A DNA stretch of 61,575 bases from Acidobacteriota bacterium (GCA_022821775.1 JAJECY010000223.1:1-61575); one strand, 5' to 3'. Counted from the stretch's first letter, positions 36,057-44,736 are shown. Notes: generated by a model not told the origin, from the sequence alone. Translations and numbers: made by a program.

Positions 36057-36947
36057 TTGCAGACCGTCAGAGTGGCCGGAATTCAGATGAACGGATACCT
36101 GGGGCAGGCCGAGCGGAACCTGGCGGAAGTGGAACGCTGGACCCGCAGAGCCGCCGAGCAGGGCGTGGAGCTGGCTCTTTTCCCGGAACTGGCCATCCAC
36201 GGCCACTGGATGGCGGAGGAGTGCTGGTCGGCCGCCGAGCCGGTGCCGGGAGGCCCCAGCGTGCGGCGCCTGGCGCAGCTCGCCCGCGAGTTCCGCATGG
36301 TGCTGGCGGTGGGCATGTCGGAAAAGGAGAAGGACCTGGTCTACAACTGCCAGGTCCTGGTCGGTCCGGACGGCTACCTGGGCAAGTCGCGCAAGGTCCA
36401 CATGTCCGAGGACGAAGGCCTGATGTACGTGGGGGGCGGCGCCCTGCCGGTGCACGACGTGGGGAAATGCAAGGTGGGCGTCATCGTCTGTTACGACGCC
36501 ATGTACCCGGAGGTGGCCCGCGTGCTGACCCTCAAGGGGGCTGAGGTCCTCCTGATGGCCAGCGCCGGCCGCAGCGGACCCTGGACCGGGGAGACCGAGG
36601 AGGCCGTCGCCCGCCGGACCAAGGACCAGCTCAGCCTCTACCGCTTCCGCGCCGTCGAGAACGGGGTCTTCGCCGTGATCACCAACCAGGCCGGAGCGGC
36701 GGGGACGGTGGAGTTCTATCGTCCCGAATACCGGCGCCAGCCCTACCACGCCGGGGGAACGCTGATCTTCGCTCCGGACGGAAAACTGCTGGCCGAGTCC
36801 AAGACCCGCAAGATCGAAGCCGACATGGCCGTGGCCGACCTGACGGCCGAGTCCTTTGCCAAGGCTCGCGCCAATACCAACTTCACGCTGCGAAAGCGCC
36901 GCCCCGAACTGTACCAGGAGCTGCTGACACCGGTCACCCGGGATTGA
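36057..36947 (+). CDS. Carbon-nitrogen hydrolase (nitrilase superfamily) protein
   Basis: AGGGAAGGAGGA lies 5 nt before TTG 36057. E-K-C triad contexts LALFPELAI, GKSRKVHM and VGVIVCYDAMYPE. Confidence 0.85.
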   Translation: MQTVRVAGIQMNGYLGQAERNLAEVERWTRRAAEQGVELALFPELAIHGHWMAEECWSAAEPVPGGPSVRRLAQLAREFRMVLAVGMSEKEKDLVYNCQVLVGPDGYLGKSRKVHMSEDEGLMYVGGGALPVHDVGKCKVGVIVCYDAMYPEVARVLTLKGAEVLLMASAGRSGPWTGETEEAVARRTKDQLSLYRFRAVENGVFAVITNQAGAAGTVEFYRPEYRRQPYHAGGTLIFAPDGKLLAESKTRKIEADMAVADLTAESFAKARANTNFTLRKRRPELYQELLTPVTRD

Positions 36948-37334
36948 GGACGGTAAATGGAAACCCTGAGTGTAAAGTTTCCTTGGGACTGGTGAAGCCA
37001 CGTCGGCAGACAAATGTTGTTGCGAGCCGGTGGGAGCCTCCGTCCGGCGGGAATCCAGCATGCCCGAAACCGCAGTCCTGGTGCGGTGTTTCGGCGATTG
37101 GCCGCGGCCTGCGGGCACGACAATTCAAGCGTCTCCGCGGGGGGTGTTTTTTTCTTTCATTTTTTTCTATCCAAATCGATGAAGCCTTGATATATATCTC
37201 CCACTCACGCTGCGCAACATTTACTTGAAGACCCTTGATGGCGGCTTGTTTCCATTGCTGACGGGGGCTTGTCTCCAAATGCGGGAAGTCGGTGGTGCGC
37301 GGACCTATACTTGTGACTACGAGGGGAGAAGAAA

Positions 37335-37661
37335 ATGCTAACTAGGATTCTCGTCGCTGTAGTGGCAGTCGTGGCAATTGTGAAAGCCTTTGCCCCTGAC
37401 TTGCAGGATCAAGGTGCTCTTGGGATCATTCTGGTCCTCGCGGGTATTGTGTATGCCGCCACGGCCCTCGACGCCGATGATGCCACCGGCTTCCTGGTGT
37501 TTGCCGTTGCGGCCGCGGCTGCAGCCGGGTCGGACGTGCTGGGCGCCATCCCCGGGATTGGCGGTCAACTGGACACCATCGTCGGCAAGATCAGCATGGC
37601 GTTGAACGCCGCTGTTGCCACGGTTGTGGTGCTGTGGACGGTCAACCGCATCAAGGGCTGA
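37335..37661 (+). CDS. Small hydrophobic membrane protein (hypothetical, 108 aa)
   Basis: GAGGGGAGAAG SD before ATG 37335. Three to four hydrophobic segments rich in A/V/G. Preceded by an AT-rich spacer and followed by a strong terminator. Confidence 0.6.
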   Translation: MLTRILVAVVAVVAIVKAFAPDLQDQGALGIILVLAGIVYAATALDADDATGFLVFAVAAAAAAGSDVLGAIPGIGGQLDTIVGKISMALNAAVATVVVLWTVNRIKG

Positions 37662-37685
37662 CTTTCATACTCAAAGGAAACCACC

Positions 37686-37731
37686 CGCCGGGCCGGCGGC
37701 CATCGACCGCTGGTCCGGCGGCATTTTTTTC
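37686..37731 (+). terminator. Rho-independent terminator
   Basis: GC-rich imperfect hairpin GCCGGGCCGGCGG...CCGCTGGTCCGGCGGC followed by T7 (37724-37730), 25 nt after the stop at 37661. Confidence 0.6.
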
Positions 37732-38044
37732 TGGCAAGGACGCAAGGCGGGCCGGGATCGTACCCGAACGGCATGCAAGCATGGACCCGGCTAGGGTTGG
37801 GATACCGAACCCCGGCTTGCCCGCGGCCCATGCCGGAAATCCTCTGTGAGGCTTCCGCCGTTCGCCCGTGCCCACTCGAGTTGGACCTGAGCGCTTGAAC
37901 TAGTGCCAACACGGGTGCCCCTGATTGCCAAAGCCAAATTCCGGCCGGACCAGTTTGACCGCCTACCGCGCCGGCCTAGGCCCGTCCTCTGCCGGCAGGC
38001 TCTCCAACCCGGTCTTCCCCTACCTCAATCTCCGCAGTTCCAGT

Positions 38045-38328
38045 CCTGTCGTGCGGATCATCCGAGAGTACAACCAAGGAAGTTCATGACCTATCGGGAA
38101 TAGGCCCATGTTCCGTTAACCCGGTTGGTTGCATTAGGGAACATGGATACACAGGATGAACAGGATAAAAGGAATGAGAAGCTGTTGCACGGGAAGCTGA
38201 CTGGCTGCGTTTCCCCTCACCCGAACCCACGGGGCGTTCCCTTGGAGTGGGACAAGAACATTAGTCTTTCTTCGTGGCCCTTCGTCGTCCTTCGTGTGTC
38301 TTCGTGGATAACTCTTTTTCTGTTTCAG
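38045..38328 (-). repeat. Near-full family-I cassette, copy C (inverted relative to A and B)
   Basis: CCTGTCGTGCGGATCATCCGAGAG (hairpin-module relic), core with ACATGGATACACAGGATGAACAGGAT, ..GCTGACTGGCTGCGTTTCCCCTCACCCGAACCCACGGGG.., (CTTCGTG)n arm, GTGGATAACTC..CTGTTTCAG end at 38328. It ends 10 nt from the stop of the next gene. Confidence 0.65.
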
Positions 38329-38337
38329 ACAAGTCCT

Positions 38338-38718
38338 TCAGTAGGGAACCCTGCGCCCCGGGAAGAGGGTCAGGACGGCCATCCACAGTCCGACCAGGAT
38401 CAGGCCGACCATCTCCCGGATTTCCTCCACCTCCAGGTTCGCCATCTCGAAGGCGGCCAGGAGTTCCCAGGCCGGCAGGGCGCCGGACACCCGCGCAGCC
38501 AGCATCCCGGCCCAGCCCAGTGACGCCAGGGCCAGCACCAGGGGCATGACTCTGGGCACGCTTCCCAGAGCAGCCAGGCAGCAGCAGAGGGCGGCCAAGC
38601 CGTAGAGTCCGGCCCAGCGCCAGGGGTCGGGATCGTTGTACTGGACGGCCAGGCAAAACAGGTAGAGCAATGCCATGACCAGGTTCGGCCAACGCAGGAG
38701 ATTGACGGATGGCCTCAT
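38338..38718 (-). CDS. Transmembrane 220 (TMEM220)-family membrane protein
   Basis: 126-aa ORF with four hydrophobic segments and the family hallmark VQYNDPDPWRW near the N-terminus. Confidence 0.7.
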   Translation of the reverse strand: MRPSVNLLRWPNLVMALLYLFCLAVQYNDPDPWRWAGLYGLAALCCCLAALGSVPRVMPLVLALASLGWAGMLAARVSGALPAWELLAAFEMANLEVEEIREMVGLILVGLWMAVLTLFPGRRVPY

Positions 38719-38748
38719 GGCAGGTAGGGGGAAGGTCCGGGCGGACCC

Positions 38749-41037
38749 TCAGGGTCGATTTGCGGCGACCTCGGCTTCAGCCGGCAGACTGGAGATCCAC
38801 TCCCGGATCAGTTCCACGGCCTCTCGGTCGACCACGTTGGAGGCGATGTGCGGCATGCGGCCCAGACCCAGCTTGGTCATGCGGTAGAGGATCAGGGACC
38901 GGTCCGGGTCTCCCGGAGCCAGCAGGCGGCCCTCGGCGATGTCGAAATCTCCGTGGCCGGGCGTCACGCCCACCGTCCCGGTTTCTTCGAGGGAGATGGT
39001 TGCGTGCAATAGGAAGTCGGCGTTGCCGCCTCCCCACTTCTGGTGGCAGTGAGCGCAGTTGGAGTGCAGGTAAGCCCGGGCCCGCTCTTCCAACGAACGG
39101 CTCGGGTCGAGGTGGTCGTAGATTCTGGGAAGCTCTGACGGCGACTTGGGCAGCGGCTCGGTGAACACTCCCAACTGGTGCAGCACCTCCAGTTGGTTGG
39201 CCGTGGTCCATCCGTAGTCGTGCTCCTTGTTCATCTGCAGGGTGTTCAAGCCCAGGACGTACTTGGCCGGGACGGTGTGGCAGAGCGTGCATTCGGCGCG
39301 GCTGGGAAACCGCCAGACCTGCTCGCGCTTTCCGCCGGGGGCTTCCGGGTCGGCAATGGTATAGGTTCGATCCAGGCCCCGCGTCCCCACCAGGGTCGCA
39401 TCGGTCTGGTCCTCGTTCCAGACATAGGAGTATCCCTTCCAGTACTGGTCTCCAACTTCCTCGGTTCCCCCCAGGGCCTCCTGGTGGAGCAGGCGGGTCT
39501 CCACCCGGTGGACACTGTCCGGGTTTCCCGCCTCCAGCTCCAGGGAGAAGGTCTTGACGATCACCGTGCCGTCGGGGAAACGCCAGCCCAGAGGGGCGCC
39601 GGGCGCGGGTTGCGGGTACTCCACCGTGTCGAATTCCACCTGGGAATCCCCCGGGATGGCGATCCAGCGCTCCTTGAGAGCGGCGTCGGACCAGAGCTCC
39701 GAGTTCACCGAGTAGGGAATCAGGCCGGGGGCGGGCTTGTGCTCCCGCACCGAGGAGAAGAGCCCCGTCTGGCTCAACCGGAGGGGGAATTGATTGGGTT
39801 GGTGCACGACCGGAGAGCGAACCAGTCGATGGATCCGGCCGCCGATGAAGTCCATCACGTAGAGCTCGCCCTGGTGGGTCTGTCCGAAATCGATGATGCG
39901 GAAGGAGGTGTCGACCAGCTCCCGGTGGTCGCTGACCTGGTCTCCGTCATGGCGGAACCCCCAGATACGCCCGGTGTCATAGTCCCCGTAGACGTAGGTG
40001 CCGGCGATTTCCGGCAGCCGTTCGCCCCGGTAGACAAAGCCTCCGGTGATGGAGCGGAAATCGGAGTGGCCGTGCTCGACGACCGGCTTCAGAATGGGCG
40101 ACGGTCCCAGGCGGCGATCGGGCCGGAAGGGGTGGCTGCCCTCCTGGACGCTCCAGCCGTAGTTGCCTCCCGGCTGGATCAGGTAGATCATCTCCCACAG
40201 GTCCTGGCCCACTTCCCCGGCCCAGAGATTTCCGTTCTGGCGGTCGAAGTTCATCTTCCAGATCTGGCGCAGGCCGTAGGCCCAGATCTCGGCGCGGGCG
40301 CCCTTCCGGCCCACGAAGGGGTTGTCCTTGGGAATCCCGTAGTTCATTCCGGGATCGGGGCGGTCGACGTCGATCCTTAAAATGGAGGCCAGCAGGTCGG
40401 AGATATCCTGTCCGGTGTCAAGCTCGTCGGCGATGCCGCTGCCGTCTCCTGTGGCAATATAGAGATAGCCGTCGGGCCCGAACCTGAGACACCCTCCGTT
40501 GTGTCCGCCGGAAGGCCATTCAAAGATGATGGTTTCCGAGGACGGATCGGCCTGGTAGGGGTTGTCGGGCCGAACCTGGAAGCGTGAAATCCGGGTGCCC
40601 TTGGGGAGGGTCTTGATGGGGTCCAGCACGTAGGTGACGTAGAAGTAGCCGTTCTCCTGGAACCTGGGGTGGAACGCCAAGCCGTAGGTGGTCTTCTCGA
40701 GGTCGATCAGCAGTTCCGCCTCGGTGGTCTCCCGATTCACTTCGAAAGAAAAAATCTTGCCGAAACGTTCCACCACGAACAGGCGATCGCTGCCGGGAGC
40801 AATGGTCAGCTCCAGCGGCTGCTCGAACCTCAGGTGGGGGAAGGCCACCTCGGTGCGGAAGGGGTTGGGAGGATCGGGAGACCCCTTGACCCGAGAGGTT
40901 GTCCACAGGGTTCGCTTGAGAGTGGCGTAGGATTCTCGAAATCCGTTCTCCTTCCTGGACCCTTCCTCCGCGGCCGCCGGGGCTGTGCCACCGACCGCCG
41001 CACAAAGCATTGCGGCAAGCACGACTGTTCCACGCAT
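38749..41037 (-). CDS. PQQ-dependent sugar dehydrogenase (SGDH-like beta-propeller) fused to a C-terminal haem-binding (cytochrome c) domain
   Basis: 762-aa ORF with signal peptide MRGTVVLAAMLCAAVGGTAPAAA. GGHNGGCLRFGPDGYLYIATGDGS block. C-terminal CTLCHTVP and SNCAHCHQKWGGG motifs. Confidence 0.85.
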   Translation of the reverse strand: MRGTVVLAAMLCAAVGGTAPAAAEEGSRKENGFRESYATLKRTLWTTSRVKGSPDPPNPFRTEVAFPHLRFEQPLELTIAPGSDRLFVVERFGKIFSFEVNRETTEAELLIDLEKTTYGLAFHPRFQENGYFYVTYVLDPIKTLPKGTRISRFQVRPDNPYQADPSSETIIFEWPSGGHNGGCLRFGPDGYLYIATGDGSGIADELDTGQDISDLLASILRIDVDRPDPGMNYGIPKDNPFVGRKGARAEIWAYGLRQIWKMNFDRQNGNLWAGEVGQDLWEMIYLIQPGGNYGWSVQEGSHPFRPDRRLGPSPILKPVVEHGHSDFRSITGGFVYRGERLPEIAGTYVYGDYDTGRIWGFRHDGDQVSDHRELVDTSFRIIDFGQTHQGELYVMDFIGGRIHRLVRSPVVHQPNQFPLRLSQTGLFSSVREHKPAPGLIPYSVNSELWSDAALKERWIAIPGDSQVEFDTVEYPQPAPGAPLGWRFPDGTVIVKTFSLELEAGNPDSVHRVETRLLHQEALGGTEEVGDQYWKGYSYVWNEDQTDATLVGTRGLDRTYTIADPEAPGGKREQVWRFPSRAECTLCHTVPAKYVLGLNTLQMNKEHDYGWTTANQLEVLHQLGVFTEPLPKSPSELPRIYDHLDPSRSLEERARAYLHSNCAHCHQKWGGGNADFLLHATISLEETGTVGVTPGHGDFDIAEGRLLAPGDPDRSLILYRMTKLGLGRMPHIASNVVDREAVELIREWISSLPAEAEVAANRP

Positions 41038-41204
41038 GAGACCCTCGATTTTCGATTTCAGGTTTGAATGTCTTTCCCTGAACCTTCTCCCAATCCATCC
41101 GACGGGAAGATTCTAACCTCCCTGCCCGCACGGGGCAAGAACGCCGGGCCGGGGGCTGATCCCGCTGCCCGATGATGACGGAGTGTTGGGCATGGCGACG
41201 GTAC

Positions 41205-41424
41205 GCGACGGGGCAGATCAATCGAGAAGGGCCAAGAATTGAACATCAATGCACAGGATGCACAGGATAAGCAGGGCGGGACGCTCCTGCTCGGGAACCT
41301 GGCTTCGGCGATGATCGGGTGCGGGATTGCGGATGCTCGGGGTTGCAAGCGAGGCGTTTCCTGAAAAATTCGGGCAAGACTGGAGCCTTTTTTTGTGCCT
41401 TTTGTGCTTTTTGTGGTTGAGCCG
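41205..41424 (+). repeat. Cassette relic: hairpin-module relic, (CACAGGATG)2, decayed GxxExxY-like 5' gene fragment, (CTTTTGTG)n arm
   Basis: CGACGGGGCAGATCAATCGAG (41206-26). TTGAACATCAATGCACAGGATGCACAGGAT (41239-68). The frame reads ..GTLLLGNLASAMIGCGIADARGCKRGVS* (to 41364). GGCAAGACTGGAGCC TTTTTTTGTGCCTTTTGTGCTTTTTGTGG TTGAGCC (to 41424). Confidence 0.5.
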
Positions 41425-41486
41425 TTTCCCCTACGGTCCCACACGGAATCCGGGCGTGTTTCGGGCGCCTGGACGACCCTGTCCGC

Positions 41487-42614
41487 CTACTCGGCAAATC
41501 CCAGGTCGAAGCGGGTAAAGGTAAGGAAGGCGTAGCCGCCGCGCTCCCAGATGACTCCGATGCTCCGGTCGGGCAGCAGGGTGATGTCGGAGTAGGCCGC
41601 CTTCTCTTCCGAGATAACCCGTTCGTTGGTAAACGTCCGGCCTTCGTCATAGCTGAGTCGCAGAACCAGGGTCTGCCGCCCGGGCCCCTTGGGTCCTGTC
41701 CAGAGGATCCGGTTTCGGTCGTCGCCGGCCGAAGCCAGGGAGTAACGCTCGATGCCCGAGGCGATCGGTGGCACCACCTGCCCGGTCCTGGGGGAAGACC
41801 AGGTCTGGCCGCCGTCGCTGCTGAGCAAGATCCGCCGGGTTGGACCCTCGTCCTGGCGAGCGTCCATCAGCAGGCTTCCATCGGCCAGCTCGACCAGTTG
41901 GTTCTCGCTGGTGGCGGGGACGGCCAACTGGCCCCGGGTCCAGGTCTCTCCGTGGTTGTCGCTGTAGATTACGAACGCCGTCCAGGCGGTGGGAGTGGAC
42001 CGGTCGTCGCCGTCGCCCTTTCCGGTCGTCTGGGAGACCGGAACGATCAGGCGCCCCTTGGCGTTCTGTATGGCGCCCCCCGGACCGAAGAAAGAGCTTC
42101 CCCATTGCTCGACCTCTCGGGCGATTGCGGTGAGGTCCATGGGCTCCGACCAGGTGAGCCCGTTGTCCCGGCTGTAGCGCCCCCAGGCCTGGGAGTCGTC
42201 GGTCCCGACCCTGGCGCTCGCACTGCTGCGGTCCGGCTTGGTGCGGTTGTGGAACAGCCACACGCGCTTGGTGGTCCGATCCACCAGGGTGACCGGGTTG
42301 CAGGAGGCCCAGCGCTCCCCGGGGTCGTCCAGCACCATCATCTCCGACCAGGTCTTGCCGGCGTCGGTGCTGCGCTTGTAGACCAGGTCGATGTCGTTGC
42401 CGTGCGTTCCGGGGTCGTGGCTGTTGTACTTGCGGGCTTCGGTAAACACCAGCAGCGATCCGTCGGGGGCGGTTTCGACGGCCGGGATGCGGTAGGTGTG
42501 GTAGCCGTCCTGGCCCGAGGTGAACACGTCCACGTGGGTGATCTCCTGCTTGGCCGCACAACCCTGCAGAAGGAGGCCCAGAGACAACAGAAGCACTGCT
42601 CGGTAATGGTTCAT
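41487..42614 (-). CDS. Exo-alpha-sialidase (GH33), lipoprotein
   Basis: 375-aa ORF with lipobox LLLQGC. RIP motif YHTYRIPAV. Asp-boxes STDAGKTW, SRDNGLTW, SDNHGETW, SSDGGQTW and SYDEGRTF. Confidence 0.9.
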   Translation of the reverse strand: MNHYRAVLLLSLGLLLQGCAAKQEITHVDVFTSGQDGYHTYRIPAVETAPDGSLLVFTEARKYNSHDPGTHGNDIDLVYKRSTDAGKTWSEMMVLDDPGERWASCNPVTLVDRTTKRVWLFHNRTKPDRSSASARVGTDDSQAWGRYSRDNGLTWSEPMDLTAIAREVEQWGSSFFGPGGAIQNAKGRLIVPVSQTTGKGDGDDRSTPTAWTAFVIYSDNHGETWTRGQLAVPATSENQLVELADGSLLMDARQDEGPTRRILLSSDGGQTWSSPRTGQVVPPIASGIERYSLASAGDDRNRILWTGPKGPGRQTLVLRLSYDEGRTFTNERVISEEKAAYSDITLLPDRSIGVIWERGGYAFLTFTRFDLGFAE

Positions 42615-42746
42615 TTCGCCCTTCCCTATTTGCCTGCCTCGATACCGGCGGTCCGCTACCGATCACAAGCGGGTCTTGTTCCGGTGGATTGATTTCCAGC
42701 AAGGATACAACGTTTCGGCCAGACTGGCGAAGGTGTGCCGGCTTGT

Positions 42747-43075
42747 TTGAAACAACAAAAAAAGAGTTATCCACGAAGACACAGGAAGGACCACGAAGAC
42801 ACACGAAGAAAGACTAATGTTCTTGACCCACTCAAAGGGAACCCCCCTTGGGTTCGAGTGAGGGAAAACGCAGCCAGTCAGCTTCCTGTGCCACAGCCTC
42901 TCGTCCTGTTAATCCTGTGCATCCTGTGCATCGATGTTCAATAGGTAGATAACCGGATCAACCGGACAGGGTCCTTGTTGCCGATAGGCCACGAAGAAAA
43001 GCCGAAAGAGATCCATTCGTATTCGTGTCTATTCGTGTTCATTCGTGGTTCGTCTTCGTGAACGATCAGCCGTCA
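42747..43075 (+). repeat. Full-length family-I cassette, copy B
   Basis: TTGAAACAAC-A7-GAGTTATCCAC. Arm CCACGAAGACACAGGAAGGACCACGAAGACACACGAAG (42771-42814). Core with AATCCTGTGCATCCTGTGCATCGATGTTCAATAGG (42911-42944). Inverted arm CCATTCGTATTCGTGTCTATTCGTGTTCATTCGTGGTTCGTCTTCGTG (43013-43060). AACGATCAGCCGTC end. It sits between the divergent sialidase and GH109-like starts. Confidence 0.7.
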
Positions 43076-43166
43076 AACCTCGCGGCTGGCATATAATTGG
43101 AACCTGCAGGCAGTCACCTCCCAGGAAAGGCAGGCACCGCGAACTGCCCGCGGGAAAGGAAATCCC

Positions 43167-44498
43167 ATGAGCATGGAAAACCGGCCCCTCGGCTCATTCA
43201 TCAACCGGCGAGATTTTGTGAAATCCGGCGCGGTCGCTGGACTTGGCCTGGCGGCCGGCCATCGGGCTCTGGCACACCAACCCTCCATGGAATCGGTCCG
43301 GGTGGGATTCGTGGGCGTGGGCGGGATGGGGACCGGGCACATCAGAAACCTGGTCCGCATCGAAGGCGCGGCCGTCACGGCCATCTGCGACATCCGGGAA
43401 GAGCACGCCAAGCGGGCTGCCTCCATGGTGCAGGAGGCGGGGCAGCCGGCCCCCAGGCTCTATACCAGGGGCCAGCGCGATTTCGAGCGTTTGTGCGCCG
43501 AGGAAGACCTGGACCTGGTCTACACCGCCACCCCCTGGCGCTGGCATGTCCCGGTCTGCGTCGCCGCCATGAAGAACGGCAAGCATGCCGCCACCGAAGT
43601 GCCGGCGGCGGTCACGCTGGAGGAGTGTTGGCAACTGGTGGAGACCTCGGAGAGTACCGGCAGGCACTGCGTCATGATGGAGAACTGCTGCTACGACCGG
43701 GCCGAGCTGATGATTCTGAACATGGTTCGCAAGGGCCTGCTGGGAGATCTGCTCCACGCCGAGTGCGGTTATCTGCACGATCTGCGCGACATCAAGTTCA
43801 GCGACGAGGGAGAGGGGCTGTGGCGGCTGGCCCATTCCGTGACCCGCAACGGGGACCTCTATCCGACACACGGGCTGGGACCGGTGGCCCAGTGCATGAA
43901 CGTCAACCGGGGCAACCAGTTTGCCCGCCTGGTTTCCATGAGCAGCCCCTCCAGGGGACTCAATCTGTTTGCGGAAAAGAAGTTCGGCCCGGAGAGCCCG
44001 GAGGCCCGAAAACGATATGCGCTGGGGGACGTGGTCACCACCCTGATCCAGACCGTCGGGGGACAGACCATCGTGGTGAAGCACGATACCGATTCGCCCC
44101 GGCCCTACAGCCGGGACATCAACGTGCAGGGGACCCGAGGCCTGGTCCGCAAGTATCCCGAGGAGAAGATCCACATCGAGGGGCGCTCCCCGGAGCACCA
44201 GTGGGAACCGCTGTCCAATTACCACTCGGACTTCGAGCACCCCTTGTGGAAGGCCATGCAAGAACAGTCCAGGGGAGCCGGCCACGGCGGAATGGACTAT
44301 ATCGAGGACTACCGCCTGATCCAGTGCCTGCGACGGGGCACCCCCCTCGACATGGACGTTTACGACGCCGCGGCCTTGAGCGCCGTCTCTCCCCTGAGCG
44401 AGCGCTCCATCGCCAGCCGGAACCAACCGGTCCATTTCCCCGATTTCACCCGCGGCGGCTGGAAGAAGAGACCGCCCCTGGGCATCGTCACCGCCTGA
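43167..44498 (+). CDS. Tat-exported Gfo/Idh/MocA-family oxidoreductase, GH109 (alpha-N-acetylgalactosaminidase)-like
   Basis: 443-aa ORF with Tat motif INRRDFVKSGAVAGLGLAAG. Rossmann VRVGFVGVGGMGTGH. ..KHAATEVPAA.. (EKP-like) block. Overall layout typical of GH109-type NAD-dependent glycosidases. Confidence 0.8.
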   Translation: MSMENRPLGSFINRRDFVKSGAVAGLGLAAGHRALAHQPSMESVRVGFVGVGGMGTGHIRNLVRIEGAAVTAICDIREEHAKRAASMVQEAGQPAPRLYTRGQRDFERLCAEEDLDLVYTATPWRWHVPVCVAAMKNGKHAATEVPAAVTLEECWQLVETSESTGRHCVMMENCCYDRAELMILNMVRKGLLGDLLHAECGYLHDLRDIKFSDEGEGLWRLAHSVTRNGDLYPTHGLGPVAQCMNVNRGNQFARLVSMSSPSRGLNLFAEKKFGPESPEARKRYALGDVVTTLIQTVGGQTIVVKHDTDSPRPYSRDINVQGTRGLVRKYPEEKIHIEGRSPEHQWEPLSNYHSDFEHPLWKAMQEQSRGAGHGGMDYIEDYRLIQCLRRGTPLDMDVYDAAALSAVSPLSERSIASRNQPVHFPDFTRGGWKKRPPLGIVTA

Positions 44499-44569
44499 GG
44501 AGGCAGAGCCAGACACCTCTCCGCCGACTTTTCCCGGGAGAACTCCCGCTGCCCAACCAATGGGGTAGA

Positions 44570-44736
44570 CGGCTCAACCACAAAAAGCACAAAAGTCACA
44601 AAATAAGGCTCCAATCTTGCCCCATTCCGTTTTTGTGCCTTTTGTGGCGGTTCGACGGAGAGCCGGGTTTTGTGAACCCGGATACCTCAATGAGATTGGA
44701 GACCTGCCGATTCCAGCTTTTGTGCCTCTTGTGGCC
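44570..44736. repeat. Cluster of (CACAAAAG)n / (CTTTTGTG)n arms with no cargo, plus a CCGGGTT-ttgtg-AACCCGG hairpin
   Basis: CGGCTCAA CCACAAAAAGCACAAAAGTCACAAAA TAAGGCTCCAATCTTGCCCC (44570-44625) is the inverted copy of 41369-41424. TTTTTGTGCCTTTTGTGG at 44630-47. Hairpin at 44663-81. GCTTTTGTGCCTCTTGTGGCC at 44716-36. Confidence 0.55.

Noticed and set aside
37130-37170. The T-rich run CGCGGGGGGTGTTTTTTTCTTTCATTTTTTTC as a terminator for the nitrilase gene.
   Set aside because: I could not fold a convincing GC stem directly upstream of the T-run. The only nearby stems are the palindrome GGCCGCGGCC, which has no loop, and a 6-bp GGAAAC/GTTTCC hairpin at 36958-83 that lacks a U-tract. I left it uncalled and mention it only as part of the AT-rich spacer.
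14006-42774. Four DnaA-box-like TTATCCAC motifs (33032-39 and 42767-74; reverse complement at 14006-13 and 38304-11), which might suggest a replication origin.
   Set aside because: Each motif is a fixed part of the family-I cassette end (GAGTTATCCACGAAG). They are kilobases apart, and there is no AT-rich unwinding element and no dnaA/dnaN nearby. DnaA titration by dispersed copies remains a remote possibility only.
42735-42944. ORFs generated by the repeats: 42735..42944, 38125..38523, 9948..10475, 33339..33599, 41327..41518, 44617..44847, 56036..56248, 56283..56468 and the tail of 55667..56164.
   Set aside because: Their reading frames follow repeat modules, giving peptides such as SYPRRHRKDHEDTRRK, LILCILCIDVQ, FLCLLCFLWL and GLTPTAKCWRRFAAL. 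They have non-ATG starts without SD and are not independent genes. At most they contain decayed gene fragments, discussed in the findings.
42771-43060. Short tandem heptamer and nonamer arrays ((CACGAAG)n, (ATTCGTG)n, (CTGACCACTGA)n, (CACAAAAG)n) as possible CRISPR arrays.
   Set aside because: The units are 7-11 nt with no unique spacers, the arrays are only 30-50 nt long, and there are no cas genes. They behave as inverted arms of cassettes.
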